From the IMG/VR virus record IMGVR_UViG_3300032322_002561, positions 62,001 through 126,000 of that record: a DNA stretch of 64,000 bases; one strand, written 5' to 3'. Under the pieces are notes generated by a model. The model was given only the letters and a program-made list of their open reading frames with translations. It was not told the origin of the DNA and searched no databases. Numbering within the stretch: the first letter of the stretch is position 1; each line of letters begins with the position of its first letter. The position numbers and the translations under genes were made by a program. Below are positions 18,760-27,048 of this stretch, one piece after another.

Positions 18760-19815
18760 TTATGACTTTTTTGGTCCAACGTATTCATGACTATAGCATA
18801 TTCGGCCAGCATCACGCACTGTAGTGGTGCCACCGTAGCCGGGCATTTTTCTAGCACTTCCGTCTTTGAGCAGGTAGCTTCCTAATCGGCTCTTTTTGTT
18901 GGTCGATGTCGGACGCCACAAAGGACTTTTTTCCCGGTGCTCGCCAAAACTGGGATGGGCTGTTTTTGAAAAATATCTTAGTCCGCGATCCACATAAATT
19001 TGGGCTATGGCATCACTAAAGGCAGTACCTATGCCCAGGCCTTGAAACTCTGGTAACACCACGGTTCTATGGCCACGCCAATAACTGTGTATGTCACGGT
19101 TAGTTGAATGTATGGCAGCGTGAAATGCCACAGGCTTGTCACCTATGAGTCCCAGGTAGCAGTGAACGCTACGACTCATTCTGGTGTCTAGATAGTGATA
19201 CTTACTGAAACGTCGCCAATCGTCCGGAGTTGTGCCTCGGATATGGAGTGTAATTTCTGGTCTCCCCAATCGAAGATGAAGTGACCTCCGTTGAGTTAAT
19301 TCCTGCTGGTCAGTGTCATAGATGTAATCTGGATCCAACCAGTCCGTGATGTCTCGGTGACAGCTGGCAATATACAAGGTACCTGGATTCTGGTCGTAGT
19401 ATCGTCTCACACTGTAGGCCAAGGCCTTGGCTGTGTCTCGATCTACTACACTTGTAAACTCATCTATGCACTGAATGCCTTGGTCCAAGGCCATGGCCAT
19501 TTCAAATCTGTGATACTCACCATTGCTGAGTGTGCCTGGCGGTCTGAACCACGCTGGTATGCTACGAAGCCCGCAAGCTAACAGTAGTTCTTCGCCACGT
19601 TCTGCGGTTGAAAAGTTTTCTATTACCGAGCTACACGGGCTCACAGTCACAGCCTGACGGGCTCCAAGACTGCGCAGGATTGTGCTTTTGCCCGAACCCG
19701 AAGTGCCCACAATCAACACGATGCCGTCGGTGGGTAATTTGGGTATGTTTATTGGAATTTCTTTGTAATCTTTGATGTCGTATCTAGTACGAATCTCATC
19801 AAGATAGTTGTTCAT
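18760..19815 (-). CDS. ABC-type ATPase fused to a GNAT acetyltransferase
   Basis: GTSGSGKS, LSNGE, IDEFTS, SCH; C-terminal VVLPEFQGLGIG. Confidence 0.8.
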   Translation of the reverse strand: MNNYLDEIRTRYDIKDYKEIPINIPKLPTDGIVLIVGTSGSGKSTILRSLGARQAVTVSPCSSVIENFSTAERGEELLLACGLRSIPAWFRPPGTLSNGEYHRFEMAMALDQGIQCIDEFTSVVDRDTAKALAYSVRRYYDQNPGTLYIASCHRDITDWLDPDYIYDTDQQELTQRRSLHLRLGRPEITLHIRGTTPDDWRRFSKYHYLDTRMSRSVHCYLGLIGDKPVAFHAAIHSTNRDIHSYWRGHRTVVLPEFQGLGIGTAFSDAIAQIYVDRGLRYFSKTAHPSFGEHREKSPLWRPTSTNKKSRLGSYLLKDGSARKMPGYGGTTTVRDAGRICYSHEYVGPKKS

Positions 19816-19980
19816 TCATCGACCTCGTCCGGCTGATCGTGTAGGTGGTTTTTTGCCAATCACTGGAGCACGTTGTTTTCCAGCTTTCTTTTCTGCCACT
19901 GGAGCTTCATCGTTTTCCATGTGGTGCGTGCCTTGTTTCTTGGCCAAGGCCTTTTTGAGAGTGTCGCTCATTTTGCTCAT
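19816..19980 (-). CDS. Small basic hypothetical protein
   Basis: MSKMSDTLKK... with AAAGGA RBS. Confidence 0.5.
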   Translation of the reverse strand: MSKMSDTLKKALAKKQGTHHMENDEAPVAEKKAGKQRAPVIGKKPPTRSAGRGR

Positions 19981-20082
19981 TTCACGTTCCTTTCGCTTTT
20001 GATCCAATCTATTCAACAAGGCCAACAGTTGCTCACGAGTCAGCATCTTGCCCCAAGTAGTGTTTTTTGTTGACATGTTAGT

Positions 20083-20158
20083 TGGTGCTGGAGAAAGGAA
20101 TCGAACCCTCGACATCCTGATTACAAATCAGGCGCTCTACCGTCTGAGCTACTCCAGC
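20083..20158 (-). tRNA. tRNA-Thr(UGU)
   Basis: Cloverleaf; CCTGA-TT-TGT-AA-TCAGG; encoded CCA. Confidence 0.95.
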
Positions 20159-20168
20159 ATAAAATTTA

Positions 20169-20381
20169 TTACACAGATGCTTCTTCTTTCACTTCTACTG
20201 CATGTTCTACATAGCCAGGTCTGCATTTTAATAAATCAATGCGACGTTGTATTTTGGCTTTTCGTTTGTTTTGTTGTGTTTTTTCTTTTAGATCAGTCAA
20301 CTGCTTGACGCTGAGACTGATGATTTTGACTTGACCCGACTTGGTATATCCTGGTTTACGACGATTGAGTTTTTTTGCCAT
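20169..20381 (-). CDS. Small basic hypothetical protein
   Basis: 70 aa, Lys/Arg-rich. Confidence 0.6.
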   Translation of the reverse strand: MAKKLNRRKPGYTKSGQVKIISLSVKQLTDLKEKTQQNKRKAKIQRRIDLLKCRPGYVEHAVEVKEEASV

Positions 20382-20398
20382 GATTGTGATCCTGTTTG

Positions 20399-21382
20399 TT
20401 AGATATGCTTACTTATAATTCTGTTCTCAAGGCCAACAAAGTTTAGTAACTGTTCAGCCCAGAGTTGATGTGATTTTTCAGTGGGATGACACGTGGCTTG
20501 ATTGTGATTGAGTGGGTTAGATTTCAACCAAGCCCAGCAAGCATCTGCACGTGTTACCTGATCAATCATGTATTCTCGATAATTGGAAAAGTAACCTTCG
20601 GGATCGTTGAGTCGATTAAAAGCTATACCACTAGCTGCGCCACTGATCAAAATTTGATCCAGTGTAATTGTCTTGTGGTCTTGATTGTTTTTTTCATTGT
20701 GATGGTAATTTATTTCAATCCAGGATTGTAAACTATCAAGCTCACTGTTGGTGGTGCTTGGTAAATCCACGGTAAAATTTCTTCCTACAATCAAGTCACA
20801 AGAAATATTCTCCCTCAGTTTGGCCAGCAGATCATACACAAACTGTTCTTCCTGTTCAAGATATTGCGTGACATCAGTTGGCACAGTTTTGCCCAATGCT
20901 TTATAGAAAGCACTGTTTCTACCGGTTTCTGTCAAGGTGGTGAACACAAATATGCGGTTATATCTAGAAAGATCAATGGGAGGTTTTATTGTGCAATGAC
21001 GAACAAGTTGTGACTCTATGTCTGTATCGGCATGTGCATCTGTGACCAGTTCGGGCCATCCAGGATCACGAATCAAATTGTAGTTTTCCTGAGTCAAAAA
21101 AGGAGTATGGTGTCCCAGTACATAGTTGTACAAGGCACACACAATGTCCAAATTGCCGCCACCGCATTTGCCCCAGTTAAACCAATCAGCATCAAGGTGA
21201 TCTGCAAGTCGCCTGCCATAACATTGTGCCAGCCTTGCATCATAGTCATCTATGTCTTTGTCATGGGCAATGGTACCAAGACTGTCACCAAATGTCCAGG
21301 AATCGCCCACTGATATTACAAGATTAGGACGATCCCGCACCAGTTGCAAGGTCAAATTCTGATGTCTAAACGACGGCATCAT
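20399..21382 (-). CDS. SGNH/GDSL hydrolase-like protein
   Basis: GDSWTFG, GGGN, CHPTEKSHQLWA. Confidence 0.7.
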   Translation of the reverse strand: MMPSFRHQNLTLQLVRDRPNLVISVGDSWTFGDSLGTIAHDKDIDDYDARLAQCYGRRLADHLDADWFNWGKCGGGNLDIVCALYNYVLGHHTPFLTQENYNLIRDPGWPELVTDAHADTDIESQLVRHCTIKPPIDLSRYNRIFVFTTLTETGRNSAFYKALGKTVPTDVTQYLEQEEQFVYDLLAKLRENISCDLIVGRNFTVDLPSTTNSELDSLQSWIEINYHHNEKNNQDHKTITLDQILISGAASGIAFNRLNDPEGYFSNYREYMIDQVTRADACWAWLKSNPLNHNQATCHPTEKSHQLWAEQLLNFVGLENRIISKHI

Positions 21383-21544
21383 TTAGTATTTGAGTCTGGC
21401 CTGTGTGTTAAAAGCTTTAGTAATGCGATGGGCAACACGTCTATGTTCCATGATCTGCCGTGTAGCATGCTCACGTTTTTCGCTTTTTGACCATTGACCG
21501 GCAATGGTACGACTTAATTCACCTGCTGATTGACGTTTTCCCAT
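21383..21544 (-). CDS. Small basic hypothetical protein (53 aa, not in ORF track)
   Basis: MGKRQSAGEL...ARLKY fills the gap between neighbours exactly. Confidence 0.55.
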   Translation of the reverse strand: MGKRQSAGELSRTIAGQWSKSEKREHATRQIMEHRRVAHRITKAFNTQARLKY

Positions 21545-21545
21545 G

Positions 21546-21770
21546 TTAGCGCACCTTGCTCAAGTAATCAACCATGCTGAACTGCCCGCTCTGTACTTCT
21601 TTGAGTGCGTCAATAGGAGTGACCCATGAGTTGGTTTCTCGGGCACGACGTTTCATTTCTCGCAAGCGTTGGCTGGCGGCTATGACCAAGTCATACCGTC
21701 CCGCACCACTCTTTTCAATACAGCGTTCAATATCAATTTCGCCACTGCGGCTTTCAATACGTGTGCTCAT
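21546..21770 (-). CDS. rpoZ: RNA polymerase omega subunit homolog
   Basis: IERCIEK..GRYDLVIAASQRLRE...ALKEV.SG pattern; GGAG RBS. Confidence 0.8.
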   Translation of the reverse strand: MSTRIESRSGEIDIERCIEKSGAGRYDLVIAASQRLREMKRRARETNSWVTPIDALKEVQSGQFSMVDYLSKVR

Positions 21771-21791
21771 GATTTCTCCAATTAAAAGTTT

Positions 21792-21820
21792 ATTATATAA
21801 CAATTTTTTTTGTTTGTCAA
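21792..21820 (-). promoter_or_regulatory. Consensus sigma70 promoter for rpoZ
   Basis: TTGACA-N17-TATAAT. Confidence 0.85.
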
Positions 21821-21898
21821 TGGTGCCCCGGGAAGGATTTGAACCTTCAACAGCTCCCTTCTGAGGAGAGTGCGTCTACCAGATTGCGCCACCGGGGT
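21821..21898 (-). tRNA. tRNA-Leu(CAG), short variable loop
   Basis: CTCTC-CT-CAG-AA-GGGAG; A73-CCA; A1:C72 mismatch. Confidence 0.88.
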
Positions 21899-21904
21899 CG
21901 TCCT

Positions 21905-22498
21905 TTACGTGGCTGTTTGTGTGGTACCATTTCCATTTTTAAAACCGATCACACCACCCTCGTCACGGATGCGTTTGAGCACATCTTCAAACAAGATAGG
22001 TGCGAAATCGGTTTGTTCCACACACACGCAATGATACCTGGTATCAATCACGTCGGTTTGTTTGCCATTGAAACCTGTGTGCATGACACGATTGGCATGC
22101 AGGTGTCCGTGGATGTTGACACCAAAACGTCCCAGACTTTCTGTGTGGATGGGAATATGGCTCAGGATCATTCCGTTCATGACATGATATGCACGCAGTT
22201 CACGGAAGTGCTCGCGATATTCTTCATCACGGAAGATGTCGTGGTTACCACGGATCAAGACCTTGTCACCGTTGAGCCTGCGCATGATGCCCAGAGCTTT
22301 CCTGTTGATCACAACATCGCCCAAGTGATAGACCTTGTCTGTGGGTCCGACACGCTCGTTCCAGGCTTTGACCATGAACTCATCCATTTCGTCGGGATCG
22401 TCCCAAGGTCTCAGCTTGGTCACACCATCGTTACGGGTAAAGCGACATACACCTGCGTGACCAAAGTGCGTGTCGCTGATTAAAAATACTGCTGGCAT
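21905..22498 (-). CDS. Calcineurin-like metallophosphoesterase
   Basis: SDTHFGH, HLGD, GNHD, LSHIP, HGHLH. Confidence 0.88.
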   Translation of the reverse strand: MPAVFLISDTHFGHAGVCRFTRNDGVTKLRPWDDPDEMDEFMVKAWNERVGPTDKVYHLGDVVINRKALGIMRRLNGDKVLIRGNHDIFRDEEYREHFRELRAYHVMNGMILSHIPIHTESLGRFGVNIHGHLHANRVMHTGFNGKQTDVIDTRYHCVCVEQTDFAPILFEDVLKRIRDEGGVIGFKNGNGTTQTAT

Positions 22499-22521
22499 AT
22501 TCGCCTCCTTTCTTATTTAAG

Positions 22522-22598
22522 TGGTACGGATGGAGGGACTCGAACCCTCAAAACTCGGATTTTAAGTCCGATACGTATACCTATTCCGTCACATCCGT
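22522..22598 (-). tRNA. tRNA-Leu(UAA), short variable loop
   Basis: TCGGA-CT-TAA-AA-TCCGA; encoded CCA. Confidence 0.92.
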
Positions 22599-22654
22599 AT
22601 CTAATTCTCGGATTCAACGCAGGCGGATTAGGCCAGACTTTATAGTGTGAATTG

Positions 22655-22728
22655 TGGAGCGGGATAAGGGAATCGAACCCTTGACCGAAGATTGGAAATC
22701 TGCTGTTTTGCCCCTAAACTAATCCCGC
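22655..22728 (-). tRNA. tRNA-Gly(UCC)
   Basis: GCG start, TT-TCC-AA loop, U73-CCA. Confidence 0.93.
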
Positions 22729-22732
22729 AAAA

Positions 22733-23827
22733 TTAGAATGTTTTTGGCAGTTTGATGATAGATCTTTTTTCACCCTGGCGTTTGACATCTAGAGTGGCAC
22801 AGTGTATACCACTGTCCCAGTACAAAAAGTGTCTTTGCTCACACACATGGCAGTCAATACCATGTGTTTTTAAGAATGCGAACAGATCCGGCATGTGTTG
22901 TGCAAATATTACATTGTGTCGATCAATTACCAAGACATTCAAATCAAAACACACCTGTTGGATGTACCCTCTCCAATTTTCTAAATAAGCATCTACCCAA
23001 TCTAGATCATGTCTGTTTTGTGCCTTGGAAAAATCTTTGATGTATTGCTGTCGTGATCGACCTTGACGCACAAACTTTGAAACATCGATCAAGCGTTTGC
23101 CTCGCAATACCAACGGAACCCACTCCACACCTGAATGAATTACAGTTTCGTCATCGATCATGAAAAATCCATGATCGATGTGACCAAAGTTGTTGCCACG
23201 TGCATGAGTATTGGGTACAATGTTGAAGTCAGGTAGATTTCTGCGTATCCAGTCAAGCCCTCTCTGTGTTCCTGGGCCGTTTATGTTTACGATCACACTG
23301 TCTCCAACACTGAACATGGTGGCTGTGTGCCACAACAATCTATCTACTAATTTTTGGCGATACGTGCTGCCGGCCATGTCCACATAGTATAGATCCTGCA
23401 TGGTCAAGTCTGACAGCATAGGTGCAGGTTGACTGACCCAGTTGTAGCCTTGATCAAACAAATTCTGAAAAATTTGATAGTAGCCGAGTCCATCAAAATA
23501 TCTGTCGGTCAAACTGGTGTAAGTCTGCAGTATGGTCGATCCCTGTACCTTGTACTGATCACGGGGGACCACAGGACTCATTGGAAAACTTATCTTGAAT
23601 TCCGGTAGAACTACACCGTTGTCATAGGCATATACCTTGGGTCTATGCACCTTGATATTGCCTTGATGTAAAAATTTTGCCAGATTGTCCAGATCTTGTT
23701 TGGTTTCTTCTAGTATTTGATAAAATCCTTGTGGATTCTTGTCGACAAAAAAAGCAGACACATCACTGGGTTGATAGATATCACCAACTATGACTTCTTG
23801 CAGTGGATCATATTCTGTAAAAATCAT
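22733..23827 (-). CDS. Amidinotransferase (glycine/inosamine amidinotransferase-like)
   Basis: EYDPLQEVIVG, PRD, GHID, NVLVID, GIHCATLD. Confidence 0.85.
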   Translation of the reverse strand: MIFTEYDPLQEVIVGDIYQPSDVSAFFVDKNPQGFYQILEETKQDLDNLAKFLHQGNIKVHRPKVYAYDNGVVLPEFKISFPMSPVVPRDQYKVQGSTILQTYTSLTDRYFDGLGYYQIFQNLFDQGYNWVSQPAPMLSDLTMQDLYYVDMAGSTYRQKLVDRLLWHTATMFSVGDSVIVNINGPGTQRGLDWIRRNLPDFNIVPNTHARGNNFGHIDHGFFMIDDETVIHSGVEWVPLVLRGKRLIDVSKFVRQGRSRQQYIKDFSKAQNRHDLDWVDAYLENWRGYIQQVCFDLNVLVIDRHNVIFAQHMPDLFAFLKTHGIDCHVCEQRHFLYWDSGIHCATLDVKRQGEKRSIIKLPKTF

Positions 23828-24944
23828 GATTTTTTAAATTTTTGTCAAGTGTATCAAAGTAGTCTTGATCCGCATTAAGCGGGATCACAAACTGCGAAGG
23901 TCCCATGGGTGTTCTAACAGCAAGCATAAGGCCAAACTGGTTTTGTACTTGATAGCGATTGTTTTCAAATATGGATCTGGCCTGACACGCTATCTGTTCG
24001 TGTCTTGACAACAACGATTGTTGTTCCAACAATGATAGAAATTCTAAAACACTGACCACTCCTGGTAGACTGAAACTGTAGGTAAATCCGTGTTCCCACC
24101 GAAAGGTCTTGGGCAAACTGTCATGTATGCGTTGATTGTACAGTGTCATGCTCAGTGGATAGTGACCAGCTGTGATTCCCTTGCCCATGGTAAAAATGTC
24201 TGGTTCCACTGGCAAACATTTCCAACCAAAAAAGTTACCAGTTTTGCCACCCCCGGTAAAAATATCATCTATGATAACAATCACATCATGTTGCTTTTGA
24301 ACATAAGCCACACGTTGCCAAAATTCTTCATTGTAAGGCTCAAGACCCCGAGCCCACGAACAGGTTTCTATAACCATACAACACACTGTGTTCCAATCAA
24401 TTGATTCAACATCAAAATCTGTGTTTATTTTTACAAAATTACTGTCAAGATCCAAAGTGTACAGTTTTTGTGTTGGCTTGCTCAAATTCTTGGTCAGCCA
24501 GGTGCTACCATGGTAACTGTTGGCAATGCTCACCACTCGATTACGTTGTAGTTGACCCCGACAGTGATGATATGCACTGGCCAATTTTACAGCACCTTCG
24601 TTGGCATCACTGCCGCTGAGTGCAAAAAAACTTCGGTAACCGCCACTGAGATTGAACAGTTTGTCGGCCAATTCATAGCTGGCGTGATTTATCCTAAGTG
24701 GTTGTGCTGGTCCAAAAAAATTATCGGCTATTTCAGGTTTTGTGCTTTTCAGTCTTTCATGCACCCGATCTAAAAATTCATCATTACCGGTATATCCCAG
24801 TACAAAACAACCATAGTGTAAGTGTGCATCCACAATTTTTTTATCATTATGCACAATGCCATACTTCCAATATTGAGATTCTGTGTGCAAGGTGGTTTGT
24901 TGAGTGCTGTAAATTAAACCCTTGTAATCAGTCGCAGTATTCAT
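23808..24944 (-). CDS. Class III PLP-dependent aminotransferase
   Basis: SGSDANEGAVK, SYHGST, DDIFTGGGKTG, GKGITAG, HGFTY. Confidence 0.88.
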   Translation of the reverse strand: MNTATDYKGLIYSTQQTTLHTESQYWKYGIVHNDKKIVDAHLHYGCFVLGYTGNDEFLDRVHERLKSTKPEIADNFFGPAQPLRINHASYELADKLFNLSGGYRSFFALSGSDANEGAVKLASAYHHCRGQLQRNRVVSIANSYHGSTWLTKNLSKPTQKLYTLDLDSNFVKINTDFDVESIDWNTVCCMVIETCSWARGLEPYNEEFWQRVAYVQKQHDVIVIIDDIFTGGGKTGNFFGWKCLPVEPDIFTMGKGITAGHYPLSMTLYNQRIHDSLPKTFRWEHGFTYSFSLPGVVSVLEFLSLLEQQSLLSRHEQIACQARSIFENNRYQVQNQFGLMLAVRTPMGPSQFVIPLNADQDYFDTLDKNLKNHDFYRI

Positions 24945-25020
24945 GCTGTGTTTCCTTTAGATACTTATAGACTAGATGTGGTTAGATCAAGGTTTTTTAT
25001 GATCTTGATACCAGACCAAC

Positions 25021-25099
25021 TGGTCGGAGTGGAAGGATTCGAACCTTCGGTCTCCTGCTCCCAAAGCAGGCGGATTAGACCAGACTTTCCTACACTCCG
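25021..25099 (-). tRNA. tRNA-Pro(UGG)
   Basis: CCTGC-TT-TGG-GA-GCAGG; encoded CCA. Confidence 0.93.
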
Positions 25100-25109
25100 A
25101 AAAATAAAA

Positions 25110-25505
25110 TTATTTGATGTTTTGCACAGTCTTGACCATGGTCTCCTCAGAGAGATGATCGTGCTTGAACTCTCTCACCGGGTGACCCAACAAGCCGGCA
25201 ATTGAGTTTTTAAAACTAATGCGTTTGTTGTTGTAGTCCCGTATGCGTATGGCTCTTCGACCAATCTCGTCCAAGGGCAACTGTTCTTCAACACCTGATT
25301 TCAATTGCCATTCTAACTCCCAAATGGCATTGTGTATGGCAGTCATGGCATCCACATTGTAGTTGAGTTCAGCACTTTGCGGAAGTTTTGCAAATTGCGC
25401 CTCATACCAGTCTAGTTCTATTTGGTTGGCACCATTGGTGCGTTGGTGTTTGACTCGTGCTATACAAAGCCGGTCGACTAATTCAAGAACCGGTAAAAAT
25501 TCCAT
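25110..25505 (-). CDS. Hypothetical helical protein
   Basis: 131 aa; AAAGGA RBS. Confidence 0.65.
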   Translation of the reverse strand: MEFLPVLELVDRLCIARVKHQRTNGANQIELDWYEAQFAKLPQSAELNYNVDAMTAIHNAIWELEWQLKSGVEEQLPLDEIGRRAIRIRDYNNKRISFKNSIAGLLGHPVREFKHDHLSEETMVKTVQNIK

Positions 25506-25548
25506 GTAGTTCCTTTCTGAAAATGATGAAATTACCTATCACTATCTA

Positions 25549-25622
25549 TGGCGCCGGTCTAAGGAATCGAACCTCAATCCTCGGTTTTGGAGACCGTTGT
25601 AATGCCATTATACTAGACCGAC
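25549..25622 (-). tRNA. tRNA-Trp(CCA)
   Basis: CT-CCA-AA loop; G73-CCA. Confidence 0.93.
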
Positions 25623-25626
25623 TATA

Positions 25627-25704
25627 TGGAGGTGAAGGTTGGATTCGAACCAACGGGGGTAGAGATTTGCAGTCACTTGCCTTGGACCACTCGGCCACTT
25701 CACC
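25627..25704 (-). tRNA. tRNA-Cys(GCA)
   Basis: CT-GCA-AA loop; U73-CCA. Confidence 0.92.
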
Positions 25705-25715
25705 ACAATTAAAAA

Positions 25716-25961
25716 CTATTCTTTGTCGATGTCTTGTTCAGCTCGACGTTCTTGTATGGTTTTTTCACGCCAGGTTTTGCGAGGATTAGCGCACAACAAG
25801 CAATGTGGTCTTCCACAATTCATGACATGGTGTTTGGCATATCTGTGGTATTCTTTTACTGTGATACCGTGCGCCTTGGCAATACGTACTTGTCTGATTT
25901 CAGCATCTCTAGTTTTGCTGATGCGTCGACTGTGTTTGATACGTGTCTGTTCATTGCTCAT
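25716..25961 (-). CDS. Small basic protein with a CGRPHCLLC motif
   Basis: 81 aa; AGGAGG RBS; possible zinc ligands. Confidence 0.7.
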   Translation of the reverse strand: MSNEQTRIKHSRRISKTRDAEIRQVRIAKAHGITVKEYHRYAKHHVMNCGRPHCLLCANPRKTWREKTIQERRAEQDIDKE

Positions 25962-26015
25962 GATTGCCTCCTGACTACGATACTTATGAATACATTAATC
26001 ACTGACATACATTAT

Positions 26016-26089
26016 TGGTTGCGGGACCAGGAATCGAACCTGGGACTCGAGCTTATGAGACTCGCGTTTTACCGCTTCACTATCCCGCG
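26016..26089 (-). tRNA. tRNA-Met(CAU), initiator-like
   Basis: CGCGGGA/TCCCGCA with C1:A72 mismatch; CT-CAT-AA loop. Confidence 0.9.
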
Positions 26090-26107
26090 ATAGCATGGTG
26101 AAGATGT

Positions 26108-26266
26108 TTAACTTGGGATCAATCTTGGCAAATAAGGCACTGATCTAGGCCCGTGAAGTTGTTGTAAAAGTTTTCTAGCTTCTTCGGCAGTTTCAGCCCC
26201 CACTCGGGCCTTGAATTCTTGTCCACCCGGACCTGGCTCTCTGATTGTTGCTTCCCATAATTTCAT
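26108..26266 (-). CDS. Small hypothetical protein (52 aa, not in ORF track)
   Basis: GGGAG RBS; MKLWEATIRE...PRLIPS. Confidence 0.6.
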   Translation of the reverse strand: MKLWEATIREPGPGGQEFKARVGAETAEEARKLLQQLHGPRSVPYLPRLIPS

Positions 26267-26283
26267 ATGAACTCCCATAAAAA

Positions 26284-26358
26284 TGGTACACCGTAGGAGA
26301 ATCGAACTCCTCTTACCTGCGTGAAAGGCGGGTGTCCTAACCGATAGACGAACGGTGC
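26284..26358 (-). tRNA. tRNA-Glu(UUC)
   Basis: CT-TTC-AC loop; encoded CCA. Confidence 0.93.
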
Positions 26359-26366
26359 ATACAACT

Positions 26367-26458
26367 TGGCGGAGACTATTGGATTCGAACCAATGATACA
26401 GATTACTCCATATGACGGTTTAGCAAACCGTTGCCTTCAGCCACTCGGCCAAGTCTCC
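26367..26458 (-). tRNA. tRNA-Ser(GCU)
   Basis: TT-GCT-AA loop, long variable arm, G73-CCA. Confidence 0.94.
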
Positions 26459-26461
26459 ATT

Positions 26462-26666
26462 TATTGTTGAGACCACTGTTGTATGTTTAAGAGACTTCAA
26501 ACGAACCCGTAAAGGTTTGCGCCGTTTTTATACGTCTCTCCCAACCTCATCGTTCACGCAGTATCAGCAGACTGCTATTTCCCAGATCTTGGGCTGACTT
26601 GGCCGGGATGGTTATCTTCCCCAACAGTTGGGATTGCTTACTCTTTCGCTCACAATCTCAACAATA
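26462..26666 (-). ncRNA. Unassigned structured RNA, about 205 nt
   Basis: Perfect 11-bp terminal stem, several internal helices and a possible pseudoknot; abuts tRNA-Ser. Confidence 0.6.
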
Positions 26667-26685
26667 CGCACTCTGTGGAGTGCGT

Positions 26686-26785
26686 TTGCTATCGCTCGAA
26701 TTTTTCGCTCCACAAAAGGAGTTCCATCCTCGAGGCCGCCCGTTTGTGTTAGTTATAGTGTAACACAGGCCCTCGTTGCCTGCAA
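26686..26785 (-). ncRNA. Second unassigned structured RNA candidate
   Basis: GC-rich intergenic stretch with nested stems TGTGTTA/TAACACA, CGAGG/CCTCG, CTCC/GGAG. Confidence 0.4.
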
Positions 26786-26797
26786 CCACTGTGTCAG

Positions 26798-26974
26798 TTA
26801 TTTGTCTTCTTCTGCTAACCGACGAAATTGTTCCTGCGCCCGAATCATTGCGGCCGCACGATCGATCTTGTTCTGAAACAGACGTTGTTTCTGCTCTTCG
26901 GTCAAAAAGGCCGAAATATGGTCATAAGCCTGTTTCACAATTTGATCGTTTAATTTTGTGTAATCAATTGACAT
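26798..26974 (-). CDS. Small hypothetical protein (58 aa, not in ORF track)
   Basis: GAGG RBS; MSIDYTKLND...AEEDK. Confidence 0.55.
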   Translation of the reverse strand: MSIDYTKLNDQIVKQAYDHISAFLTEEQKQRLFQNKIDRAAAMIRAQEQFRRLAEEDK

Positions 26975-26992
26975 CTTTTTCCTCTATAAAAT

Positions 26993-27026
26993 AAAAAACC
27001 CCGGAGTGTTTAATTCCAGGGTCTTT
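26993..27026 (-). terminator. Terminator/attenuator hairpin ahead of the tRNA operon
   Basis: AAAGACCCTGGA...TCCGGGGTTTTTT. Confidence 0.7.
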
Positions 27027-27048
27027 GAATATTGTATGATATTTTATA

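Noticed and set aside
19816-20115. 99-aa ORF as given in the track
   Set aside because: Its 5' end overlaps tRNA-Thr; a downstream start is more plausible
21839-22483. Long plus-strand ORFs antisense to genes (also 17482-18087 and 42621-43349)
   Set aside because: Antisense shadows of motif-bearing genes, with no RBS or recognisable motifs
26695-26735. Hammerhead ribozyme
   Set aside because: Has stem-CGAAA but GGATGGAA in place of CTGATGA
26462-26790. RNase P RNA
   Set aside because: The GAGGAAAGUCC and terminal P4 consensus sequences are absent
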